Assembly: GCA_002269645.1 (NCBI GenBank)
Contig: NIVC01000733.1
Span: 124,001 to 188,000, forward strand
DNA length: 64,000 nt
Direction of reading: 5' to 3'
From: Macrostomum lignano
Taxonomy: Eukaryota
Part shown: piece after piece, positions 26,701 to 37,552 of the stretch
How positions within the stretch are numbered: position 1 is the stretch's first letter
Layout: every line of letters begins with the position of its first letter
Position numbers and translations under genes: made by a program
The notes under the pieces: model-generated
Told to the model about the DNA's origin: nothing
What the model saw: the letters and a program-made list of their open reading frames with translations, nothing else
Database searches by the model: none

Positions 26701-27209
26701 GCAAAGTGGACCGAGCAGACTTGGGTGGTCGCCGATGGTTTGAACTCCTTGCGTCGGAGCGCAACCAGCCACTTTCTCTTCATTTCAGTGTCTTTTGGAA
26801 AAAAATGGAAGGACACTGCCGGAGACATTGACGAGTTGTTCGAGCAGCCTAGAGCGCAGCAAAAGCTGCCGTGACTTTTTCTGCTAGGCAGTTTTGAAGA
26901 ATTAGATTCTTCCATGGCAGTTCGATTTAGTGAGGATTGATTTAGATTAGACTGAAGCAGCTTGCTTTGTATTTCAAGTATGTGTTTTATAAGTTTATAT
27001 TTTTGGCCCCAGACCACTTTAATATATAGCTACATATCAACGCAGGCGGAAAGAAAAGCAGGCCTGTACCCTAACTTCTTGCCCAAGCACAATTATCGAT
27101 CGTTTTCGAGTAGGGAGAGAGGGACCATTTTTTCCACTGTCATTTGGTCAAAAACAAGCCCAAGCAAGAAATGCGGGATGCGCAGTCTAGTTATATTTCT
27201 TGGTCTGTG
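23724..27209 (-). mobile_element. Complete P-superfamily DNA transposon (3486 bp) in ACSL intron 1
   Basis: Identical 32-bp TIRs CACAGACCAAGAAATATAACTAGACTGCGCAT (23724-23755, 27178-27209). 8-bp TSD GAATGAAC (23716-23723, 27210-27217). Subterminal inverted repeat at 23820-23842 and 27081-27103. Encodes a THAP-P transposase. Confidence 0.95.
24084..26915 (-). CDS. THAP-domain P-element transposase (THAP9-like), ~943 aa, intronless
   Basis: gccATGg start. C2CH THAP domain (CCALGC...W...CSVHF...AVPSIF), coiled coil, ADEM, TCDG, DVPHMLKLIRN, MKVYLASQLFS, LSQDFLELFF, C-terminal YIAG..CxxC. No stops or frameshifts. Confidence 0.95.
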   Translation of the reverse strand: MEESNSSKLPSRKSHGSFCCALGCSNNSSMSPAVSFHFFPKDTEMKRKWLVALRRKEFKPSATTQVCSVHFAESCFKEQLAGFLPTTRRRLYPNAVPSIFPTLPDRLQPVEKKRKTATAAAAAAQEVDFAAFLKAPECSKTKAQPTDTEADEPEQPLQELHANCVARELFEEKVRVLKNLRRRYKRLLAAHKRSKKSAKAIEILRRTVQSKYRKIRSLRSKHRQIKHRAKTLKDAILDLKAKCMLNEAAASRLNFLTSDSLLSSIVPCNRKRTKRFSDEVRKFASTLHFYSPKAYEYVRKYFQLPHPASLRKWLSNAKCFPGFCDQAFQELSRRRSSTDGQAFDYCNVVADEMSLESMIEWNSSEGMFFGYVDKGDGKPSDQEASSALVVMAVGLKSYWKLPLGYFLVNGVDGEFLSSVVEESIQRLYQVGVIATSFTCDGTQHNIRAIELLGSRISSPNEVVACFPHPCDPSIQVAAFLDVPHMLKLIRNQWQSLGRFVWPNRGNIEWKYVSMLQQVQESHGLRLGNKLSRHHINFANLKMKVYLASQLFSKSVADSLRWVHQQGVIGFEHSDVLVTADFVEHMNDLFDAFNSKRLVSYGAKMALRADNQSDWIDFFSSSIELLRSLETPAGCKIVETAKKTGFLGFITNCHGIMELAKYLFSTGEFFFLCTYKLSQDFLELFFNAVRLRNGWNHNPTPTQFRSAFRQLLVHAGGGILQSVSPNVRQQDATIQLSLSCLPSSSGQQPWKQMKAQNEMGLSLGSIQHCKNASVCEICQSIVCYIAGAVVRRMMKAVECAPCRSALIASSETPGASRGPCSLVAIKNVLNKEGTGGLIFPSSNVLRVLLNAETVVRRASYSSGFSSDVAVQEILRMSINLFPELDSHSASASISIESHKLHLIRVMAMLFINIRMKKLAKDLSRAGRKPGKRQRLLRTAIFLNL

Positions 27210-28264
27210 GAATGAACAGTGTTGTAAAACGATGAATAGCAGCAGCCCTTATTCTACGAACTTGCTTAACATTTTCAACCCCCTTCTCTCTAGAGGCTCG
27301 CCCTCTATATTAATTGTTCAGAAATTTAACAACAGCTTTAATTTTTTAAAACCAAACCAACAAAAGATTCTTCCACTAAAGTCTATACTAATATACTGAT
27401 AAATGGGTAATCAAAGTTCAACAGGACAATATTCTCCCAGCGGAGATGGTAATAACAATAAGTCTGGAACAATGCGCCGATCCAAGTCTGGCACATCGGT
27501 ATTTCCACGTTACGAAACTCAATCTACTCTCTTACCTGTAAGTACTTTAGTATAATATATAATATGCCTTTAATCTAAATGTGAATGGAAGCTCTAGTTA
27601 ATAATTATTAATACTCGTAGGTCAGTCATGTATACAAAACTGAACTGAAAGAGACCATTTATTCTCGCGAGTCTTGATTCTTATCTCTGCGCTTTAGTTT
27701 GAAGTTCGAATTCGAAACGGCCGAACTAAATATGATTAGACCTTATGCGCACATATATATATATACTATAGGCATAAGTGACGTGCGTGCCTCTAATTTT
27801 AGTATGAGCTACAACTACAACTAGCTAAAGGTCAAAAGTTACGTTAAAAGTCTTGAAATATTGCCAAGTCACGACTGAGGGACCAGCAGATTAGTCATTA
27901 AAAAATCCAAATGAACAAAACACGCATTCTGGTTCTGGCACTGGCACTAGCCATCTATCGTAAATATCTACTGTTATGCTAAAAATAGACCTTATAGCTT
28001 AACTAACTTTTATTTATAACAAATGCAAATTTTCTAACGCGAAACCAGAACTCGTACTAATTTAAGCAACAGCCTAAGAGTGACTTAGCAATAGCGCCAT
28101 CATGTGACTTTTCTAATGCATTCCAGCACACTACAGCAGGTTTTTATTGTAGCACGATGTTTTTATTTATAACAGCTTGGGTTTTGGGCAAAATGGGTTT
28201 TGAAAAGCATGATATACAAATTTGTTGATGTCATGATATTCTGCAAGGAGTGAGACTCTGAGGT

Positions 28265-28668
28265 GTAAGATTCTAGAGCCTCTTAGGGGTGAGATTCTAG
28301 AGCCTCTTAGGGGTGAGATTCTAGAGCCTCTTAGGGATGAGATTCTAGCGCCTCTTAGGGGTGAGATTCTAGGGCCACTTGTCTTAGCGGTGAGATTCTA
28401 GAGCCGCTTGTCTTAGTGGTGAGATTCTAGAGCCGCTTGTCTCTGAGGGATGAGATTCTAGTGCCGCTTGTCTTTCTGAGGGGTGAGATTCTAGTGCCGC
28501 TTGTCTCTTTTAGGGGTGAGATTCTAGAGCCGCTCGTCTCTCTGAGAGTCTGAGGGGTGAGATTCTAGTGCCGCTTGTCTCTTTTAGGGGTGAGATTCTA
28601 GAGCCGCTTGTCTCTTTTAGGGGTGAGATTCTAGAGCCGCTCGTCTCTCTGAGGGGTGAGATTCTAGG
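28265..28668. repeat. Minisatellite with variable unit length, core AGGGGTGAGATTCTAGAGCC
   Basis: About 13 copies whose unit length increases along the array. Confidence 0.9.
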
Positions 28669-28778
28669 CGCGCATTTTTCTAGGCTGGTGAGAATCTATA
28701 GATTCTTTTTTTCATGCCCAAACTATAAAATCCGCTTTTTACTACTCACAAGCTACTCACACTCACCCACCTGTTCAG

Positions 28779-29415
28779 GACGGCTCTCGATGCTGGCCAT
28801 TCTCGGACTCGACCGAGATTATCGAGTACTGCTACGAAGAGGCCAAAACTTTGCACGACGGGTTCCTTCGCGGCATCCGCCAGTCGAACAATGGACCCTG
28901 CTTGGGTACTCGGGTTGGCGAAGGCCCATACGAGTGGCTGACCTACCAGCAGGTGTATGATCAGGCCAGGGAGCTGGGCAGCGCGCTAACAGGTCGCCTG
29001 GGCTTGTCTCGCGGCGAATTCGTTGGCGTCTATTCGCAAAACCGAGCTGAATGGGTGCTGACTGAAGTGGCTTGCAATCAGTTCTCACTGGTGCTGGTGC
29101 CGCTATATGACACCCTGGGCACTGAGGCGTGCAGTCACATCCTCAGCCAGACCAGCTCGAGTGTTGTTGTTGTCGACTCAGAAACCAAGGCTAGGAATCT
29201 GTTGCAGTGCAAAGCTGAGGCGCCGTCGTTTCGACATGTGGTGCTAATGGGGATTGATTCCCCTAAACCGGAGCTGGTCAAAGAGGCTCAGGAGGCTGGG
29301 GTGGAGCTGCACGCTTGGTCTGAGCTTGTGAGCTGGGGTAGAGAGAATCTCGCCGAGGTGAACCCGCCTGCGCCTGACGATTTGGCTACTCTGTGCTACA
29401 CTAGCGGCACTACTG
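28779..29415 (+). CDS. ACSL: ACSL exon 2
   Basis: gttcag|gac acceptor, g|gtgag donor (phase 1). GPYEWLTYQQV...YSQNRAEW...VPLYDTLG...DDLATLCYTSGTT (AMP-binding P-loop). Confidence 0.95.
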
Positions 29416-29499
29416 GTGAGCTTGTCTACCGATATGTATCGCTTAATTCATGTGTTCGTGTATTAATCATGCGTTTACTAACTGTTTATCACTCAAATT

Positions 29500-30082
29500 T
29501 GAAACTCTCACAAACTCGAAAGTTCACTCAAACTCGAAGCTTCACTCAAACTTGAAGCTTTAATCAAACTCGAAGCTTCACTCAAACTCGAAGCTTCATT
29601 CAAACTCAAACTCGGAGCTTCACTCAAACTCGAAGCTTCACTCAAACTCAAACTCTGAGCTTCACTCAAACTGGAAGCTTTACTCAAACTGGAAGCTTTA
29701 CTCAAACTCTAAGCTTTACTCAAACTCGAAGCTTCACTCAAACTCGAAGCTTTACTCAAACTCGAAGCTTCATTCAAACTCAAACTCGGAGCTTCACTCA
29801 AACTCGAAGCTTCACTCAAACTCAAACTCTGAGCTTCACTCAAACTGGAAGCTTTACTCAAACTGGAAGCTTTACTCAAACTCTAAGCTTTACTCAAACT
29901 CGAAGCTTCACTCAAACTCGAAGCTTTACTCAAACTCGAAGCTTCACTCAAACTCGAAGCTTTACTCAAACTCGAAAGTTCACTCAAACTCGAAGCTTCA
30001 CTCAAACTCGAAGCTTTCACAAACTCGAAGCTTCATTCAAACTCGGAGCTTCACTCAAACTCGAAGCTCTCAAACTCGAATG
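29500..30082. repeat. 18-bp minisatellite ACTCAAACTCGAAGCTTC in ACSL intron 2
   Basis: About 30 copies. Confidence 0.93.
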
Positions 30083-30191
30083 CTCTCTCAAGTTTGTATG
30101 GCGCTTCTTTCACTTATTTATTTATATCTTGAAATTTTTGTTAATGGCCTTAATGTAATGGATTAATTATGACTTTAATTGTGTTCCCCAG

Positions 30192-30292
30192 GTGTACCCA
30201 AGGGTGTGCAGCTCACGCACAAGAATATAATGAGCAACATGGCTGGCGTGTACAGTGTGCTGTTGTTAGACCAGAAGAGCAACGCTAATCAG
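30192..30292 (+). CDS. ACSL: ACSL exon 3 (not in ORF track)
   Basis: cccag|gt gta ccc aag ggt: completes TSGTTG-VPKGVQLTHKNIMSN; donor cag|gtgagg. Confidence 0.92.
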
Positions 30293-30434
30293 GTGAGGCC
30301 TGCTTGCTTTTTACCTGTGATGAGTTTTAGCCATCAAAACTAATATGGATAATTTGTGAACATATAGTAGTTTTAGTGTCTGTAGCAGTGATATTTTAAT
30401 ATATTTGTATCGTGTTCTCACTACTTGGGTTGGG

Positions 30435-30820
30435 ATACTGATGGAGTCTTATCTCTAGGGGTGAGATTCTAATCGAGTCTTATCTCTAGAGGTGAGATAC
30501 TAATGAAGTCTTATCTCTAGGGGTGAGATTCTAATGGAGTCTTATCTCTAGGGGTGAGATTCTAATCGAGTCTTATCTCTAGGGGTGAGATACTGATGGA
30601 GTCTTATCTCTAGGGGTGAGATACTGATGGAGTCTTATCTCTAGGGGTGAGATACTGATGGAGTCTAATCTCTAGGGGTGAGATTCTAATGGAGTCTTAT
30701 CTCTAGGGGTGAGATACTGATGGAGTCTAATCTCTAGGGGTGAGATTCTAATGGAGTCTTATCTCTAGGGGTGAGATTCTAATCTAGTCTTCCTCTATAC
30801 GGAGGAGATTCTAATCTAGT
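30435..30820. repeat. 31-bp minisatellite TCTCTAGGGGTGAGATTCTAATGGAGTCTTA in ACSL intron 3
   Basis: About 12 copies. Confidence 0.92.
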
Positions 30821-30972
30821 CTAGTTTATCCAAGAGTGAGAGTCTACAGTGGTCATTTGCGATAAGATTTCATATTTAAATTTCATAACACGCCTACTTA
30901 TTACGGCTTCATCTACTACAAGATAATTATCGTATTAAAATAGTTGCAACCCCTCACTACTAACTGCAGCAG

Positions 30973-31360
30973 GTCCTGCCGCCTATGACGCCGGAAGACA
31001 CCTACCTGTCCTACCTGCCCCTGGCGCACATGTTCGAGCGTTGCGCAATCACCATGTGCTTCCTGAACGGCATGCGTGTCGGATTCTTCCGCGGCGATGT
31101 TCGCCAGCTGATGGAGGACATGCAGGCTCTGCGGCCAACCCTGTTCTGCACCGTGCCGCGGCTGCTCAACCGCATGTACGACCGGGTGCTCGCTGGCGTC
31201 TCCGGCAGCGTCATCAAGTCCAAGCTGCTGCAGATGGCTGTTGATAGGAAGACTCGAATGCTCGAACGTGGAATCATACGACGGGACACGATGTGGGATA
31301 AATTGGTGTTCTCTAAGGTGCACCAGCTGACTGGAGGCCGGGTCCGAGTGGTGATTACAG
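30973..31360 (+). CDS. ACSL: ACSL exon 4
   Basis: CAGCAG tandem acceptor; YLSYLPLAHMFER...PTLFCTVPRLLNR...GGRVRVVIT; donor g|gtgaga (phase 1). Confidence 0.95.
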
Positions 31361-31384
31361 GTGAGAGCGGAATTGGTGCTTGAT

Positions 31385-31640
31385 TGATCTGATATCGATT
31401 TTTATTAGCCCGATATCGATTTTTTCACCGATATCGATTTTTATTTCACCTGTATCGATTTTTCCTAACTGGATATCGATTTTAATTAGCCCGATATCTA
31501 TTTTTAATAACTGGATATCGATTTTAACTAACCCGATATCGATTCTTTATACCTTAGTATCGATTTTTAAAAAAACTTGATGTGGATTTCTATTAAACCT
31601 TTCTGTATTTTGATTGGTCCAACATCGATTTGAATAAATC
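31385..31640. repeat. Degenerate repeat built on ATATCGATTTT in ACSL intron 4
   Basis: About 10 recurring ATCGAT cores. Confidence 0.7.
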
Positions 31641-31712
31641 CGATACTAATGTTATCTTGTCCAATATCAATATTAACTAATCCTATCGTTAATCCCAATA
31701 ATCCCCGTTCAG

Positions 31713-32194
31713 GCTCGGCCCCCATCGGCGCCAAGGTGATGCAGTTCATCCGCGCCGCTTTCGGCTGCCCAGTATTCGAAGGCTACGGCCAGACTGAGGC
31801 CACTGCCGCCGTCACGGTCACCCTGCCCGGCGAGACCAGCCTGGGCCACGTGGGCACCCCGGTTCCCTGCAACCACGTCAAGCTGGTCGACGTGCCCGAG
31901 ATGGGCCTGAAAGCCAGCGACGGTCGTGGCGAAGTTTGCGTCCGCGGAGCCAACGTGTCCAGCGGCTACTTCCGGATGGACGACAAAACTGCCGAGGTGC
32001 TGGAGCCGGACAACTGGCTGCACACGGGCGACATTGGCGAGTGGACGGAGAACGGCTGCTTGAAAATTGTGGACCGTAGGAAGCATTTGTTTAAACTGGC
32101 TCAGGGCGAATACGTGGCACCTGAGAAGATTGAGCAACTCCTAAGCCGGTCTCAGTATGTGGCGCAGATCTTTGTTGATGGCGACTCACTTGAG
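31713..32194 (+). CDS. ACSL: ACSL exon 5
   Basis: ttcag|gc tcg; GSAP...EGYGQTE...GEVCVRG...WLHTGDIG...IVDRRKHLFKLAQGEYVAPEKIE; donor gag|gtgatt. Confidence 0.95.
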
Positions 32195-32234
32195 GTGATT
32201 AGATTCAACTTGAAAAGTTTATAACGATCTAAAC

Positions 32235-33095
32235 TACAAGTTTTGCTCCTACATTATTAGTACACACGTACTTTAAAATCGTAAAGTACAAGTATACTCC
32301 TACATAATTAGTACACACGAACTTTAGAATCGTAAAGTACAAGTGTAGTCCTACATAATTAGTACACACGTACTTTAGAATTGTATAATACAAGGGTACT
32401 CGTACATTATTAGTACACATGAACTTAAACTCTTAAAGTACAAGTGTACTCGTACATTGTTAGTACACACGAACTTTAGAATTGTATAATACAAGGGTAC
32501 TCGTACATTATTAGCACACATGAACTTAAACTCTTAAAGTACAAGTATACTCCTACATAATTAGTACACACGAACTTTAGAATCGTAAAGTACAAGTGTA
32601 GTCCTACATAATTAGTACACACGTACTTTAAAATCGTAAAGTACAAGTGTACTCCTACATTATTAGTACACACGAACTTTAGAATCTTGAAGTACAAGTG
32701 TACTCCTACATAATTAGTACACACGAACTTTAGAATTGTATAATACAAGGGTACTCGTACATTATTAGTACACATGAACTTAAACTCTTAAAGTACAAGT
32801 GTACTCGTACATTGTTAGTACACACGAACTTTAGAATTGTATAATACAAGGGTACTCGTACATTATTAGCACACATGAACTTAAACTCTTAAAGTACAAG
32901 TGTACTCGTACATTATTAGTACACACGAACTTTAGAATTGTATAATACAAGTGTACTCGTATATTATTAGTACACATGAACTTAAACTCTTAAAGTACAA
33001 GTGTACTCGTACATTATTAGCACACACGAACTTCAAAATCGTAAAGTAAAAGTTTTCTCGTACGTTATAAGTACACGCGAACTTTAAAATCGTGC
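32235..33095. repeat. ~50-51-bp minisatellite in ACSL intron 5
   Basis: About 17 copies; 17-codon periodicity seen in the spurious ORFs. Confidence 0.92.
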
Positions 33096-33184
33096 TACTC
33101 GTAGGTTATTAGGATATGCGCACTAATAGTGCAAGTGCACTTTATGAAAAGCGTCAAGTACAAGCGCACTAATGCATATTGCAG

Positions 33185-33523
33185 ATCTACGTCTTGGGCA
33201 TAGTGGTCCCTGACCCGGACGTGGTCCTGCCCTGGGCTAAGTCACACGGCTTGCCTCAGGACCTCGAGGCCCTGTGCAAGGACCCTAACGGGCCGCTGAA
33301 ACGAGCGATCCTGGAAGACCTGAACCGGATCGGCCGCGAGAACGGGCTTAAAGGCTTCGAACTGTGCAAGGACATCATGCTGTGCGCTGAGCAGTTCTCA
33401 GTTGAGAACGGCCTGCTAACGCCGACGTTCAAATCGCGGCGGCCGGATCTGCGCGTGAGATTTCGCGACGACTTCAAGCGAATGTACGATGGACTCAGGG
33501 CCTCCAGCAGTGCGGCAGCTTAA
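33185..33523 (+). CDS. ACSL: ACSL exon 6 (last)
   Basis: ttgcag|atc; ...FSVENGLLTPTFKSRR...TAA. Six exons total 2103 nt = 700 aa. Confidence 0.95.
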   Translation: MYVLGIVVPDPDVVLPWAKSHGLPQDLEALCKDPNGPLKRAILEDLNRIGRENGLKGFELCKDIMLCAEQFSVENGLLTPTFKSRRPDLRVRFRDDFKRMYDGLRASSSAAA

Positions 33524-33792
33524 TGTGGTACTTGATTTTGAAGTTTATTAATTAACATAAAGGTATGACTTATTAATAGGCCGAAATGAATCAATGTAAT
33601 TAACTCATTATAATACATCTTGCGCCCCACTACTTTAACTGAGTTTTTTTCTTTTCTCAACTGAGTTCTTTAAATTTCTTAAATTTCGTAATTCACAAGC
33701 TCAATATACTACTTCTTTATTATTGTCATTGTTATTATTATTACAGAGCATTCCAGTTGTTTTTTTGAAGACTTTATTTCAGTTTGTCTGTA

Positions 33793-33830
<38 letters not shown>

Positions 33831-34486
33831 GTGTCAAAGAAGGTCATTCAAGCCCAGCCATTAGTTTTACCAACTTTCTACATTCTCCAACCAGGCGTCC
33901 CAAACTGTGTGCGTGTTTTTTGGTGTTTATTCTCTCCGTTTTTCTCCTGTTAAAAAAGCCAACCAATCGTGTCCGCGTGTTTTGTTTTAAACACAATTCT
34001 CAAAATCTAATTGACTTTTTGGTAATGTAGTATCTTGAAATTCTCTTATTTATATAGTACTAATAGTAGCTTTTTGAAGTGTAGCACTGACAGCGGTCTC
34101 ATGGATAAATATTGTACGCGAGTTCGGTTTTGATAATGGAAATCATGTTAATTTGTGTGTTGTTTTTTCTTCTAACCGACATTTTGCCTTGACAGAGTGA
34201 CCATTAGCTACTTTATGATTCTTTATTTGTACTTTGTATTGTTATTATTATCATTAATACGCCTAGTAAAGCGAAATAAAGATATTATTCGCTGAAAAAT
34301 ATACCTAACAGCCTTACACAAGCCATCATCTATTTGAAAAAATAACTTTTTAACTTTAATTTTTTTGTGTATTTTTTCTAACTTTGTATTTTTTCTTTGC
34401 ATACTACTGAATAGGCTTGGAAAATAGTAGTTCAGTGCGAATCTATATCGGAATGTAGTGTTGGGAGTAATTACTTTTTAGTAAGC

Positions 34487-37400
34487 GTCACTGATCCCAG
34501 TTTCATTTGCAATGTCACTCTCCATCATTTTCACTCGTCATGTCACTGATCCCAGTTTCATTTGCAATGTCACTCTCCATCATTTTCACTCGCCTTGTCA
34601 CTTATCCCCGTTTCATTTGCAATGTCACTCTCCATCATTTTCACTCGTCATGTCACTGATCCCAGTTTCATTTGCAATGTCACTCTCCATCATTTTCACT
34701 CGCCTTGTCACTGATCCCCGTTTCATTTGCAATGTCACTCTCCATCATTTTCACTCGCCATGTCACTGATCCCAGTTTCATTTGCAATGTCACTCTCCAT
34801 CATTTTCACTCGTCATGTCACTGATCCCAGTTTCATTTGCAATGTCACTCTCCATCATTTTCACTCGCCTTGTCACTTATCCCCGTTTCATTTGCAATGT
34901 CACTCTCCATCATTTTCACTCGTCATGTCACTGATCCCCGTTTCATTTGCAATGTCACTCTCCATCATTTTCACTCGCCTTGTCACTTATCCCCGTTTCA
35001 TTTGCAATGTCACTCTCCATCATTTTCACTCGCCATGTCACTGATCCCAGTTTCATTTGCAATGTCACTCTCCATCATTTTCACTCGCCATGTCACTGAT
35101 CCCCGTTTCATTTGCAATGTCACTCTCCATCATTTTCACTCGCCTTGTCACTTATCCCCGTTTCATTTGCAATGTCACTCTCCATCATTTTCACTCGCCA
35201 TGTCACTGATCCCAGTTTCATTTGCAATGTCACTCTCCATCATTTTCACTGGCCATGTCACTGATCGCAGTTTCACTTGCAATGTCACTCTCCATCATTT
35301 TCACTCGCCATGTCACTGATCCCAGTTTTATTTGCAATGTCACTCTCCATCATTTTCACTCGTCATGTCACTGATCCCAGTTTCATTTGCAGTGTCACTC
35401 TCCATCATTTTCACTCGTCATGTCACTGGGGAGTACGACGTTTGCTTGCGGGAAGTTTGCTTGCCGAACTTTGCTTGCCGAACTTTGCTTGCGGAATTTT
35501 GCCTGCCGAACTTTGCTTGCCGAACTTTGCTTGCGGAATTTTGCCTGCCGAACTTTGCTTGCCGAACTTTGCTTGCGGAATTTTGCTTGCTGAAGTTTGC
35601 TTGCCGAACTTTGCTTGCCGAACTTTGCTTGCAGGAAATTTGCTTGCAGGAACTTTGCCTGCCGAAGTTTGCTTGCCGAGCTTTGCTTGCAGGAATTTTG
35701 CTTGCCGAGCTTTGCTTGCAGGAATTTTGCTTGCCGAACTTTGCTTGCGAAATTTTGATGTCTGCTTTCTAGAAAATTGCAATCACACAATCGCAAGGTT
35801 TTAACTTGCAGAATTATTTTCTTGTTTGCTTGCTTGTTTTGATTGCTTGTAAAGTTGGTCAGTCAATTATTACTTACTACAGATGCTTTGCAAGTGGATT
35901 CTTATCAGGGTCGACGTAAACTGACTCTTGACTTTCAAAGCTTTCAAACTAGGCTTATAGAGTTTCATTCTAAGAATGTAGTATATAGAGTGCTTAGAGA
36001 TTTAGTATAGGTAGATAGGGATCGGTAACAGTATAAATCTTTGTAGTTCCTGATTTCAGCACGATTGAGCAGGTATGATAATTGCAGTGATGCTAATGTA
36101 TAATATTGCATATACGAGCGTACTAATAATATTTTAGTATATAAAATGTAGTTAATAATCCGCCATATCCTCATACAAAATCATAACACTATAGGCGACT
36201 TCCACGAATCTTAGAAAATGAAAATTAGAAATACAAGAGCTCAAAAATAGGTTTCTTTAAGGTTCCGCAATAATTTGGCTGGCAAACCTCGCAAGCAAAT
36301 TTCCTGCAAGCAAAGTTCGGCAAGCAAACTTCCTGCAAGCAAACTTCGGCAAGCTTATGTGCAGCAAGCAAATTTCCTGCAAGCAAAATTCGGCAAGCAA
36401 AATTCCGCAAGCAAAGTTCGGCAAGCAGACTTCGGCAAGCAAACTTCGGCAAGCTTATGTGCAGCAAGCAAATTTCCTGCAAGCAAAATTCGGCAGGCAA
36501 AATTCCGCAAGCAAAGTTCGGCAAGCAGACTTCGGCAAGCAAAATTCCGCAAGCAAAGTTCGGCAAGCAGACTTCGGCAAGCAAAATTCCGCAAGCAAAG
36601 TTCGGCAAGCAGACTTCGGCAAGCAAAATTCCGCAAGAAAATTCGGCAAGCAGACTTCGGCAAGCAAACTTCTCGCAAGCAAATTTCATAGACCCTGTCA
36701 CTGATCCCAGTTTCATTTGCAATGTCACTCTCCATCATTTTCACTCGCCTTGTCACTTATCCCCGTTTCATTTGCAATGTCACTCTCCATCATTTTCACT
36801 CGTCATGTCACTGATCCCAGTTTCATTTGCAATGTCACTCTCCATCATTTTCACTCGCCATGTCACTGATCCCCGTTTCATTTGCAATGTCACTCTCCAT
36901 CATTTTCACTCGCCTTGTCACTTATCCCCGTTTCATTTGCAATGTCACTCTCCATCATTTTCACTCGTCATGTCACTGATCCCCGTTTCATTTGCAATGT
37001 CACTCTCCATCATTTTCACTGGCCATGTCACTGATCCCCGTTTCATTTGCAATGTCACTCTCCATCATTTTCACTCGCCATGTCACTGATCCCAGTTTCA
37101 TTTGCAATGTCACTCTCCATCATTTTCACTCGTCATGTCACTGATCCCCGTTTCACTTGCAATGTCACTCTCCATCATTTTCACTCGCCATGTCACTGAT
37201 CCCCGTTTCATTTGCAATGTCACTCTCCATCATTTTCACTCGTCATGTCACTGATCCCCGTTTCATTTGCAATGTCACTCCATCATTTTCACTCGTCTTG
37301 TCACTGATCCCAGTTTCATTTGCAATGTCACTCTCCATCATTTTCATTCGTCTTGTCACTGATCCCAGTTTCATTTGCAATGTCACTCTCCATCATTTTC

Positions 37401-37552
37401 ATTCGTCTTGTCACTGATCCCAGTTTCATTTGCAATGTCACTCTCCATCATTTTCACTCGTCATGTCACTGGTCCCCGTTTCATTTGCAATGTCACTCTC
37501 CATCATTTTCACTCGTCATGTCACTGGTCCCAGTTTCACTTGCAATGTCACT
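34487..37552. repeat. 55-bp satellite GTCACTGATCCCAGTTTCATTTGCAATGTCACTCTCCATCATTTTCACTCGCCAT, interrupted by an insertion at 35429-36695
   Basis: Arrays at 34487-35428 and 36696-37552 resume in register across the insertion. Confidence 0.95.
35429..36695. mobile_element. Non-autonomous foldback element with GG..CC ends and tandem-repeat arms (Merlin-like)
   Basis: 8-bp TSD TGTCACTG (35421-35428, 36696-36703). Imperfect TIR GGG...TTTGCTTGCG.GAAGTTTGCTTGCCGAA. Arms are oppositely oriented arrays of TTTGCTTGCCGAAC-like units around an AT-rich non-coding core. Confidence 0.85.

Noticed and set aside
26916-27017. N-terminal extension of the transposase from a GTG start
   Set aside because: The first in-frame ATG at 26915 has a good Kozak context and lies just before the THAP domain; the extension is AT-rich and UTR-like.
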